From: a bacterium
Lineage (GTDB): Bacteria > SAR324 > NAC60-12
Assembly (NCBI GenBank): GCA_965233585.1
Contig: CBDDTI010000747.1
Coordinates: 544,001 to 608,000 of the forward strand
Direction of reading: 5' to 3'
DNA length: 64,000 nt
Shown one piece after another: positions 19,093-27,689 of the stretch. The number at the start of each line of letters is the position of its first letter. Position 1 is the first letter of the stretch. The notes beneath the pieces are model-generated. The model was not told the origin of the DNA and searched no databases. It saw only the letters and a list, made by a program, of their open reading frames with translations. Both the position numbers and the translations under genes were made by a program.

Positions 19093-20949
19093 TCAAGAAA
19101 GAAGTGTTAGTAATTCATGGTTTAGCAAAGAAAGCCCGTGTTGAGTTAGGACTGACTCAACGTGAAATTGCATAGTGCAGAAGTGTTGACCACGCAAGCC
19201 ATAAACTTCAAAAGACGTTTCATCGTAACAAATCTTTACTTTTTGAACAGCAGAAGAATGCTTCACAACAAAAGTGCAATAAAATCCAACTTTTTGAGAA
19301 GTTCCAAACCAGTTTACTTCTTTTTGAATGCCTTGCAAAGGAACATCTTTGCATGCTATGTCAAAACCTAAGAGAATGCTGGTAATTTGATGCCCTAAAC
19401 AGACTCCTAAAAATACTTTTTGACGTTCCAAAAGCGTTTTTGCAATGTCTTGAAGTGCCATGATTTTGGGAGATTTCAGGTCATTTGGATTTCCTGGACC
19501 TGGACCAAGGACTGTCAAGTCCGAATCATCTTTTTCTATGTTGTAATCTTTCCATGATACGACTTTGGTTTTGAATCCTAAATGTTTCAAAAGATGCTTT
19601 AGCATGAGGCAAAAATCATCTTCATTGTGAATCAATACCACCTGCTTATCTTGAAATTGAGCGGTGACGTCTTGTTCAGATTGATTGTCAAGCCAGAATG
19701 GAGACAAAAAGCGGTTTCTTTGTTCTAAAATTGCTTGTAAAGAAAATTGAGTTTGAAGAGTTGGCAACAAATTAGGTGGGGGTTGAGCAGGAGGGTTGAT
19801 GATATTTTCAAGCAATCCTGCCATTTTTGCTTCTGTTTCAAGTGTTTCTTCTGTGGGAATAGAGTCCCTCACCAACGTTGCACCAACACGGAAGCCACAC
19901 GTGCCGTTGCTGTCTATTTCTACAGTTCTAATCAAAATGGGGCTGTCAGCAGTTTCCCCTTGCTGGTCTCTTCCAAGCAAAAGCAAAGCGCTGGAATAGT
20001 ATCGTCTTGAATCAGTTTCATATTTGCGAATGATGCGGCAAGCATTTTCAACAGGACTACCTGTCACGGTGGCGGCATACATAGAATCACGCACCATTTG
20101 AATTAAATCTCTGTTGCCTGTGCCTTCTAAAACATATTCTGTGTGAATCAATTTGGACATTTCTTTGAGAAACGGACCTTGAATGCGTCCGCCATGATTA
20201 CAGATGTTTGCCATCATTTTAAGCTCTTCATCAAGCACCATAAACAATTCATTAATCTCTTTGGGATTTTCTAAAAATTTTAAAAAATCATCTTGAAATG
20301 TTTCAGGGGAAAAAGACTTGCCAACCTTCCTAAAGGTTCCGCTGATGGGGTTCATTTTGGCAAGAGACCCTTGCACTGTCAGATGCCTTTCAGGCGTTGC
20401 TCCAATGAAAAAACTTGAGCCATCAAAAAAGATAAAAACCCAGTATGCTCCTTGTTCATTCTGCAACAAATTACGATAGATGCTTAAGGCTTTGTTCAGA
20501 GAAAACTCTTGGATTTGTGCTGTGCCGTCCCGCATGATGACAAAGTTTGCTCCTTCTCCCCTGCCAATCTCATGCTCAATAATTTGCTGAACTAATCTAT
20601 TGTAATCCTGTTGAGAGGTTTTATAATTCATTCCATCTTGGAAGGCTATTTTTTCTTTTGGAAGAGATTGCAAGGCTTCCTGTTTATTCCACCAAGTTTG
20701 ATTTTCAACATGGAGAGTGAGAATGGGCAAATCATCTTCTTTTACCACAAAGTTTCTTTCGCGAATTTGTGAAAAAGGCAAAAGACTCAATGTGTCAAAA
20801 GTAGAGGTGCCAGTTGCTTGGGAATGTCTTGGAATATCTTGTAGTTTTTGAAATGATGAAATGAAGCCTTCTAAGGCAATAATGTCTTTTTCATCATGCC
20901 TTTTAATCAAGGCAAAAGGTTTTTCAAAAGTCATCGGTCTATGTGCCAT
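19093..20949 (-). CDS. PhzE-like / fused TrpE(G) anthranilate or ADIC synthase
   Basis: Chorismate-binding domain (GEGANFV, MNPISGT, ELFMVLDEELKMM, TVTGSP) fused to GATase (GPGPGNP, GVCLGHQ, QFHVES). Confidence 0.85.
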   Translation of the reverse strand: MAHRPMTFEKPFALIKRHDEKDIIALEGFISSFQKLQDIPRHSQATGTSTFDTLSLLPFSQIRERNFVVKEDDLPILTLHVENQTWWNKQEALQSLPKEKIAFQDGMNYKTSQQDYNRLVQQIIEHEIGRGEGANFVIMRDGTAQIQEFSLNKALSIYRNLLQNEQGAYWVFIFFDGSSFFIGATPERHLTVQGSLAKMNPISGTFRKVGKSFSPETFQDDFLKFLENPKEINELFMVLDEELKMMANICNHGGRIQGPFLKEMSKLIHTEYVLEGTGNRDLIQMVRDSMYAATVTGSPVENACRIIRKYETDSRRYYSSALLLLGRDQQGETADSPILIRTVEIDSNGTCGFRVGATLVRDSIPTEETLETEAKMAGLLENIINPPAQPPPNLLPTLQTQFSLQAILEQRNRFLSPFWLDNQSEQDVTAQFQDKQVVLIHNEDDFCLMLKHLLKHLGFKTKVVSWKDYNIEKDDSDLTVLGPGPGNPNDLKSPKIMALQDIAKTLLERQKVFLGVCLGHQITSILLGFDIACKDVPLQGIQKEVNWFGTSQKVGFYCTFVVKHSSAVQKVKICYDETSFEVYGLRGQHFCTMQFHVESVLTQHGLSLLNHELLTLLS

Positions 20950-20956
20950 AAAATCT

Positions 20957-21817
20957 TTATTGAAACAAAGTGAAATCTAAAATTGTTGCAATAAGTAAAA
21001 TGAAACTGATGGCAACATTGGTTTGGAAAAAAGCAATGTTGATTTTTGTCGTATCTTGAGGGTCTGCGAAACAATGCTCAAAAATCAACAATCCTCCACA
21101 AATGATGACTCCTGTCCAATATCCCCAACTTAACCCTAATTGCAACCCAAATGCACACCATGCCAGCCAAGCCAAAACGTGCGATGCACGTGCAATCTTC
21201 AGTGCGAGTGATTCACCAAAACGGACAGGAATGGAATGTAAGCCCAGACGCTTATCTACATCGCAATCTTGTAGGGCATAAATGATGTCAAAACCTGCAA
21301 TCCAGAACATCACAGAAAGGCTTAACCAGAAAGGAGCAAGGTCAATATTCCCTGACACTGCAATCCATGCGGCACTGGGTGCAATCCCGATAGCTACCCC
21401 TAACCAAAGATGAGACCAGTTTGTAAATCGTTTGGTGTAAGAATAAAAAAGGGTTGCTACTACCGCCACAGGTGAAAGGACAAATGCAAGAAAGTTCAGT
21501 TGATATGCAGAAAACACAAGCACAGCATAAGACAGGACAATAGAACACTTCATAGCATTGATAGAGACTTCTCCTGTGACAGAAGGACGATTTTGTGATC
21601 TTGGATTTTGAGCATCAAATGAACGATCAATCAGACGATTAAATCCCATTGCACCAGAACGTGCGCCTGCCATTGCTAAGACAATCCAGAACAACTTCAC
21701 GAAAGACACAGCACCTGCCGAAGCTGTCCATGCCCCAATCAATGCAAAAGGCAATGCAAATAAAGTATGCGAGAATTTAATGAGGGTGAGGTAATTCTTG
21801 AACGAATGAAATAACAT
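20957..21817 (-). CDS. ubiA: UbiA-family polyprenyltransferase (MqnP-like)
   Basis: IKFSHTLFALPFA, MGFNRLIDRSFDAQNPR, YSYTKRF, FDIIYALQD. Confidence 0.88.
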   Translation of the reverse strand: MLFHSFKNYLTLIKFSHTLFALPFALIGAWTASAGAVSFVKLFWIVLAMAGARSGAMGFNRLIDRSFDAQNPRSQNRPSVTGEVSINAMKCSIVLSYAVLVFSAYQLNFLAFVLSPVAVVATLFYSYTKRFTNWSHLWLGVAIGIAPSAAWIAVSGNIDLAPFWLSLSVMFWIAGFDIIYALQDCDVDKRLGLHSIPVRFGESLALKIARASHVLAWLAWCAFGLQLGLSWGYWTGVIICGGLLIFEHCFADPQDTTKINIAFFQTNVAISFILLIATILDFTLFQ

Positions 21818-21975
21818 GGAAGGTCAAAGCATCATGTGGCAGAACAACAAAATTAATTCTCATGCTAATTGATTCAAATCTTGATGATCAAATTTTATAC
21901 TTACCAAATTTTAGCATTGGGGGCGTGGCATTGTTCAAAAAGAAAAGCAAGAGGCAATCACGTTCAACGTCTTCA

Positions 21976-23484
21976 TCAATATTTGAAAAGAGAAAATGTA
22001 GATGTTTCTGAAGCAGTCTCAGAAGTTTCAAGCATCTTCTGAACACTTGGTTCAATTCTTTCAATCATAGGCTGGGGATAGACACCGATGACTAATACAA
22101 CCACTGCAAGAATTAAGAGAATAAAGGATTCTCTGAAATTTAAATCGGAAATTTTTGAACAAGGAATATTGACTTCTCCAAACATCGTTTGACGATACAT
22201 GGATAGCATGTAAACCGCAGAAAAAATCACCCCAAGTCCGCCCACAGCTGCCAGCAATAAATGTGTTTGAGCCGCTCCTAGCAAGATCAAAATCTCACCA
22301 ACAAACCCACTCAACCCCGGTAGTCCAATAGAGGCAAGCGTGAAAAAGAGAAAGAAAAAAGAAAGTTTTGGAGCAAATTTGACAACACCGCTATATGCCC
22401 CAATTTGATGAGTCTGCAAACGATGATAAAGCATTCCAGCTGACAAAAATAATCCTGAAGTGATGATGGTCTGATTTGCCATCTGCACCACGCTACCAGT
22501 CCACGCTTGGAGGTTAAAGGCAAAAAGTCCCAAAATCAATGTCCCTGCATGCGAGACAATGGAATAGGCTAGTACATTTTTAATGTCCTTCTGGATTGAT
22601 GCAATCCATGCCCCATAAAGAATAGTAAATGCCGCGACTACCAAAAATGGAATCATCATTTGAGCAGCAGCGTCTGGAAACAAAGGAATCGCAAACCTTA
22701 AAAAAGCATAAGGTCCAAGTTTAATCAACAAGCCCCCCAATTCCACCGCACCTGACGCAGGCGTTTGCCGATAGATAGAAACCCAAGTATGCAATGGAAA
22801 CAAAGGCGTTTTGACCGCAAAAGCAAAGGCAAAGGTTGCAAACAACCAAAATTGTAGGAAATAAGGAATGTTCAAACGTGTCAATTCTTGTATGTTAAAT
22901 GACCAGTTGCCTGTTGCTGTTTTGTAAAGCAAGCCCAAGTAAATGATTCCAACCAGCAACATCAACGACCCTGCAAGCATGTACAGAATATACTTAAAAG
23001 CAATGGCTTTGCGGTGTTCTCCACCCCAAGTGATAGTTAAGAAATAAATTGGAATGAGAGTGAGTTCAAAAAACATGTAAAACAGGAACAAATCCATCGC
23101 AAGTAATGACCCCAATATGGTGAATTGGAAGGACAAAATCAGGGCTTGGCTTTGCCAGACTCCAAATTTCTGATTCCACGATGCCATCAATGCCACAGGA
23201 GTCAAGAATGTAGATGCCATGACCAGAAAAAGGCTGATGCCATCTATTCCAATGTGATAATTCACACCAAGAAAACGAATCATCTCATGGAGTTCTACCA
23301 TCTGAAAGTTGGGAGATTGCGGTTGAAATTGTGAGAGCATCACCACTGACAAGATGAACGTGACAATGCTACTCAAGAAAGCACTCGTACGTGCAGGAAG
23401 GTCTTCACGAAAGACAAAGATTAACCCAATTCCAAACCATGGGGAAAAAAGCAAAGCAGACAGTAAATTGTTCTCAAAATCCAT
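21976..23484 (-). CDS. nuoM: NADH-quinone oxidoreductase subunit M (antiporter-like), outside a nuo operon
   Basis: GIDGISL, FYMFFE, AFAVKTPLFPLHTW, GLPGLSGFVGE. Confidence 0.85.
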   Translation of the reverse strand: MDFENNLLSALLFSPWFGIGLIFVFREDLPARTSAFLSSIVTFILSVVMLSQFQPQSPNFQMVELHEMIRFLGVNYHIGIDGISLFLVMASTFLTPVALMASWNQKFGVWQSQALILSFQFTILGSLLAMDLFLFYMFFELTLIPIYFLTITWGGEHRKAIAFKYILYMLAGSLMLLVGIIYLGLLYKTATGNWSFNIQELTRLNIPYFLQFWLFATFAFAFAVKTPLFPLHTWVSIYRQTPASGAVELGGLLIKLGPYAFLRFAIPLFPDAAAQMMIPFLVVAAFTILYGAWIASIQKDIKNVLAYSIVSHAGTLILGLFAFNLQAWTGSVVQMANQTIITSGLFLSAGMLYHRLQTHQIGAYSGVVKFAPKLSFFFLFFTLASIGLPGLSGFVGEILILLGAAQTHLLLAAVGGLGVIFSAVYMLSMYRQTMFGEVNIPCSKISDLNFRESFILLILAVVVLVIGVYPQPMIERIEPSVQKMLETSETASETSTFSLFKY

Positions 23485-23607
23485 AAATTGGCTCTCACCT
23501 AGAAGCTAAAAATCCTAACAAAACGGGTTAGTATAACGTATTTTTAGATTTTTTGTATATGACGCAGGAAGGAAAGGATAGCAGGAACTGATGAACCTGC
23601 TTGAGTT

Positions 23608-25017
23608 TTATTGAATGAGTAGCCAAGTAGAAACCTTTTCACCTGCATTGACAAGAGCCTTGACAGCACGCCTTGCCGCATTGCGTACTAACTCTGAAAG
23701 TGCGGGGTGAATGTGTATCGTGTCAAGCAGATGCTCAAGAGTTCCCCCAAAACGCATGACTGGCAAGACCTCGTGAATCAAAACACTAGCTTGTTCTCCA
23801 ATAATATGACACCCCAAAATTTTTCTTGTCTTTTGATGAATCAGGAGTTTGACAAATCCACTTTCAGAACGCAAAGCCATACCCATTGCACTTTGTGAAT
23901 AGTTGTTCAGCCCAACAACGTAGGGGATTTTTTGTTTTTTTAATTCCTCTTCTGTTGCCCCAACTCCTGCAATCTGTGGGGAAGAAAAAACAGCATAAGG
24001 CATCGCAGTATAGTCAATCGGTCTTGGGTTTTCTTGGTGAATGATGGTCTCCAAAAGATACTGCCCCTCATAATTGGCACTGTGTCGGAAGAGGTAATTG
24101 CCTGCCACATCACCAAAAGCCCAAATATTAGGGGTTGTTGTTTTAAGGTGTTCATCAACACAGATGAACTGTCCTTGATTGGTTTTCACCCCCGCCTTGT
24201 CTAAATCCAAATCATCAGTGTTGGGGACAACCCCAGTTGCCACAAGCAGTTGATCACATTCAATGATTTTAATCCGTCCATCTATCTCATACTCCATGTA
24301 AAAAATCTCTTGATGATGTTCAACTGAACGGATTTTGCTTTGCTGATGAACATGACAAATTTTGGAAAAATGTTTGTCAAACTCTTTTTGCACATCAGAA
24401 TCTACATGACGCAAAGGGATTGTTCTACAAAACAAGTGAGTTTCTGTTCCAAGTCCCGCAAAGTAAAACCCAAGCTCTGTTGCAATGTAACCTGCACCTA
24501 AAATGACAAGTCGCTTGGGCTGTGTTCTAAGCCTCAATGCTTCTGTGCTAGTGAGAAAGGGGGTCTTTGATAATCCTTCAATGTCAGGAATTTTAGGTCT
24601 TGCCCCTGTTGCGATAAAAATTTTATCCCCGCTGATTTCCTCATCTCCCACACAAATTGTATTGGGACTGGTAAATCTTGCGTGTTCACGATACCAAGTG
24701 AGATTTGGGTTTTTCTCAATGGCAGGTTCAATGCTTTGAGATTCGTCATCAATCGTTTGGCTGACCCACTCTACAAGGCTTGTAAAGTCAACAGAATACC
24801 CTTGTTGTTTCAAAAAATGATTAGAAGAGTTTTTGATAGTTTCAGCAATTTCTGAGACATGAATCAACATTTTTGAAGGAATACACCCACGATTGAGACA
24901 GGTACCACCCAATGCCCCTTTTTCAATCAGTGCCACGCGATGCCCCATTTTTGAGGCTGGTGTAGAGATCTTTGCACCCCCACCAGAACCAATGACAATC
25001 ACATCATAATGTTTCAT
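23608..25017 (-). CDS. Pyridine nucleotide-disulfide oxidoreductase (dihydrolipoyl dehydrogenase/mycothione reductase-like)
   Basis: GSGGG, GGTCLNRGCIPSK redox disulfide, HIHPALSE. Confidence 0.88.
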   Translation of the reverse strand: MKHYDVIVIGSGGGAKISTPASKMGHRVALIEKGALGGTCLNRGCIPSKMLIHVSEIAETIKNSSNHFLKQQGYSVDFTSLVEWVSQTIDDESQSIEPAIEKNPNLTWYREHARFTSPNTICVGDEEISGDKIFIATGARPKIPDIEGLSKTPFLTSTEALRLRTQPKRLVILGAGYIATELGFYFAGLGTETHLFCRTIPLRHVDSDVQKEFDKHFSKICHVHQQSKIRSVEHHQEIFYMEYEIDGRIKIIECDQLLVATGVVPNTDDLDLDKAGVKTNQGQFICVDEHLKTTTPNIWAFGDVAGNYLFRHSANYEGQYLLETIIHQENPRPIDYTAMPYAVFSSPQIAGVGATEEELKKQKIPYVVGLNNYSQSAMGMALRSESGFVKLLIHQKTRKILGCHIIGEQASVLIHEVLPVMRFGGTLEHLLDTIHIHPALSELVRNAARRAVKALVNAGEKVSTWLLIQ

Positions 25018-25267
25018 AAAAAATCCTAAAAATTTAAGTTGGTTTTAAAACAAGAGTGTAGTCTAGCATGCCTGACTTTTCTTTGTCTATTGACTCAAGT
25101 CTGTTATGACTTTGACATCATTAAATCATTGTCAAATTAAAATGATTTTGTCATAATTTGGGCTTTTGTAAAATTATGAGCAGAGTATCAGCTGCTTAAA
25201 AGCTCTTGTCCTTCTTCTTAAATCTAATCAAGTCTCATCTCAAAACACTTATGATCAGTCCATTCTT

Positions 25268-27241
25268 ATGAAGCACTTTAAAAGTTCTTTAAGTCATTTT
25301 TTCGTTGGTTTGTTATGGTCAGGGACAGCAGTTTTACACTATTGGAGCATCAATGGCAAACTGCATCACATTCTTAGCTTTTTTAAAGAAGCCCTTCCAA
25401 TCATTGTTGTTGGTGCGGTGCTTTATTGGCTTCTTTCGTTCTTCATTCTTTGCAAAGCGACCAAGAATCCACAACGTTGGTTGTCAGTGCAACTTGGCTT
25501 TTCTATCTTCTTTCTATTTATTGGACCTCATCGGCAATTAAACCATACGATACATGGTTTACTCTTCCTCACCTACGTCAGCATACTTGGATTTTTAGTC
25601 ATTTGGTTATGCTGGAGGTTTCACCAAAAAGTCAAGCCTCTTATCTTCATTTTCCTGCTTGCCTTTGGTGCATCAAGAGCATATGAATCGTTGGTCTTTT
25701 TAAATGAACAGTATCAGGACTATCAAGCCTTAAAAGCATCATTTTCAAGAGAAAGTGCCAAAGAGTTTCTTGACAAATTTAAGCAACATGATGACTTCCA
25801 ACACAAATTCAACATCTACCAGCTTTCTACTGACTCTTATCCCAGTTTAGTAGGAATCAAACGTTTTGGTATAGACAATTCTGACTTTTATCAATGGCTT
25901 GACGAAAAAGGATTTAGAACTTATCCAAATGCCGCATCAAATAGTGCTGATACATTTCGAACTTTGAACATGATGTGGAGAATGGAACTCTCATTTCCTG
26001 AACATTTAGAAAACCTCACTTACGAATCTTATTTTGGTAAAAATGAGGTCTTTGCAAGATTGATCAATCAGAACTATGCCATTTATTGTGATTATCCTTG
26101 TACAGCCCATGAAAGATCGCCCAAACCACCAATTTTTGCAAACTTAAAACCAGCATCAGGAACTAACACCACCTATTCTTTTTTCACAGGTTACTTTTTT
26201 GGATATTACTTTTCAAATGAGTTGGTTGAGTGGCTTGCAGGTCCAAGAGATGCTATGCCAAATGAAACGGGGGCATACGTTGACTCTTATCTTAACGCCC
26301 AAGCAGATTTTCAGCTTCTAAAGCAAGCTGGATTGGTGGAAAACACGTATATTTTTCTTCATAACATCACAGAATTTCCCAGACTGCAAAGTATAGCAGA
26401 GAGTATTAATTCGGGATTAAAAACCATCATTGAAGACATTTTAAAAAAAGATCCTGGGAGTATGATTATTGTGAGTAGCGATCATGGGAATCGTCCGGAA
26501 TGGACGGTGCCGTATGGTGATATTCCGCTACATAACTTTGGTGTCATTCAAGCCATCTATTGGCCCCAAGTTTGTAGGCGATTTCGTGATGTAGAAGTCC
26601 TCACAGGTGTTAATTTCTTTCGTTATATTTTTGCCTGTTTGAACGGCTGGAAAAAACCCAAACATTTGGAGCCTAACGATGGGCATATGGTCTACGTTTC
26701 AAAAAACGCTGACTTTCAGAAATATAATGGGATTTTTCTTGGGGTTAAAAATGGCAAATTTCTTGACTACCCCAAAGAAATTAATGGAAAGTTTAGTCAG
26801 CAAGAAATTATAGAACTTCTCACAGATTCATCGCAGCACAATATCTTTACTAAAAAACTATATTCTGTAGAAGGAGAATCTGCCATTAATTCAACAGGTC
26901 TTCGGCATTTATGCGATGGAGGAAAAAGTTTATGCATCATGGCTCCTTCAGAAGTCATTTATCCCCTTGAAGGTGATGAGTCTCATTTGAGTTTTAGTTA
27001 TGGAATTGAAGAAAACGCTCTATCAAATCAACACGAAGGAATCTATTTTCAAATCTTTTTAAAAAGTAGCAACAAAGAGGAGAAGATATGGGAAAGTTTT
27101 ATTGAACCTCAACAGCGATATGTCAAAAATGCGAGTATTGAGATTCCAATGAATACCTTTCAAGAAATAAGGTTCAAAAATAGCTGTCCCAAGCAATGTG
27201 TTGAGGCTTGGGGACTTTGGGGAGACTTCAAGATTCGCTGA
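25268..27241 (+). CDS. Membrane-anchored sulfatase/phosphoglycerol-transferase-like protein
   Basis: About 5 N-terminal TM helices; NIYQLSTDSY and IIVSSDHG alkaline-phosphatase-superfamily motifs. Confidence 0.6.
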   Translation: MKHFKSSLSHFFVGLLWSGTAVLHYWSINGKLHHILSFFKEALPIIVVGAVLYWLLSFFILCKATKNPQRWLSVQLGFSIFFLFIGPHRQLNHTIHGLLFLTYVSILGFLVIWLCWRFHQKVKPLIFIFLLAFGASRAYESLVFLNEQYQDYQALKASFSRESAKEFLDKFKQHDDFQHKFNIYQLSTDSYPSLVGIKRFGIDNSDFYQWLDEKGFRTYPNAASNSADTFRTLNMMWRMELSFPEHLENLTYESYFGKNEVFARLINQNYAIYCDYPCTAHERSPKPPIFANLKPASGTNTTYSFFTGYFFGYYFSNELVEWLAGPRDAMPNETGAYVDSYLNAQADFQLLKQAGLVENTYIFLHNITEFPRLQSIAESINSGLKTIIEDILKKDPGSMIIVSSDHGNRPEWTVPYGDIPLHNFGVIQAIYWPQVCRRFRDVEVLTGVNFFRYIFACLNGWKKPKHLEPNDGHMVYVSKNADFQKYNGIFLGVKNGKFLDYPKEINGKFSQQEIIELLTDSSQHNIFTKKLYSVEGESAINSTGLRHLCDGGKSLCIMAPSEVIYPLEGDESHLSFSYGIEENALSNQHEGIYFQIFLKSSNKEEKIWESFIEPQQRYVKNASIEIPMNTFQEIRFKNSCPKQCVEAWGLWGDFKIR

Positions 27242-27322
27242 CCTTGCTAAAATTGAGACCTTTTGTTAGAATGTCTTGTTTTGCCTTGAACAATGATTTC
27301 TCTGACGCTTTTCAAGTAGTTT

Positions 27323-27571
27323 ATGCCGAAAGTAAAAAAATCTGTATCGTTTGAAGACTCTTTACAAAAACTGGAGAAATCTGTTGAGCAATTAGAAAGT
27401 GGAACGCTTTCACTGGAAGAATCGCTGTCTCTTTTTGAAGACGGGATTCGTTTAAGCCGACAATGCAATCGTTTTTTAGAAGAAGCTGATAAGCGGATTG
27501 AAATGATTTTGAAGAATGAACGAGGTGAGTATATTCAAGAGGTCTTACCAATAGAAGAGTCTGATCTTTAG
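27323..27571 (+). CDS. xseB: Exodeoxyribonuclease VII small subunit
   Basis: SFEDSLQKLEKSVEQLESGTLSLEESLSLFEDGIRLSRQC. Confidence 0.95.
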   Translation: MPKVKKSVSFEDSLQKLEKSVEQLESGTLSLEESLSLFEDGIRLSRQCNRFLEEADKRIEMILKNERGEYIQEVLPIEESDL

Positions 27572-27689
27572 ATAGATTTACGACTTTTATTGTCACAGCA
27601 CCTTTCTCGTGTTGTGATTCTCATGCCCTTCCCTTCTAAAATTGCATGTTGGCAAACTCTATCTCTAATTTAGAATTAAGGTTTGACTC

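Noticed and set aside
19093..20949. Phenazine biosynthetic cluster
   Set aside because: Only a PhzE-like gene is present; no phzA/B, D, F or G nearby.
27321..27596. Minus-strand 91-aa and 73-aa ORFs
   Set aside because: Antisense to the clearly recognisable xseB.
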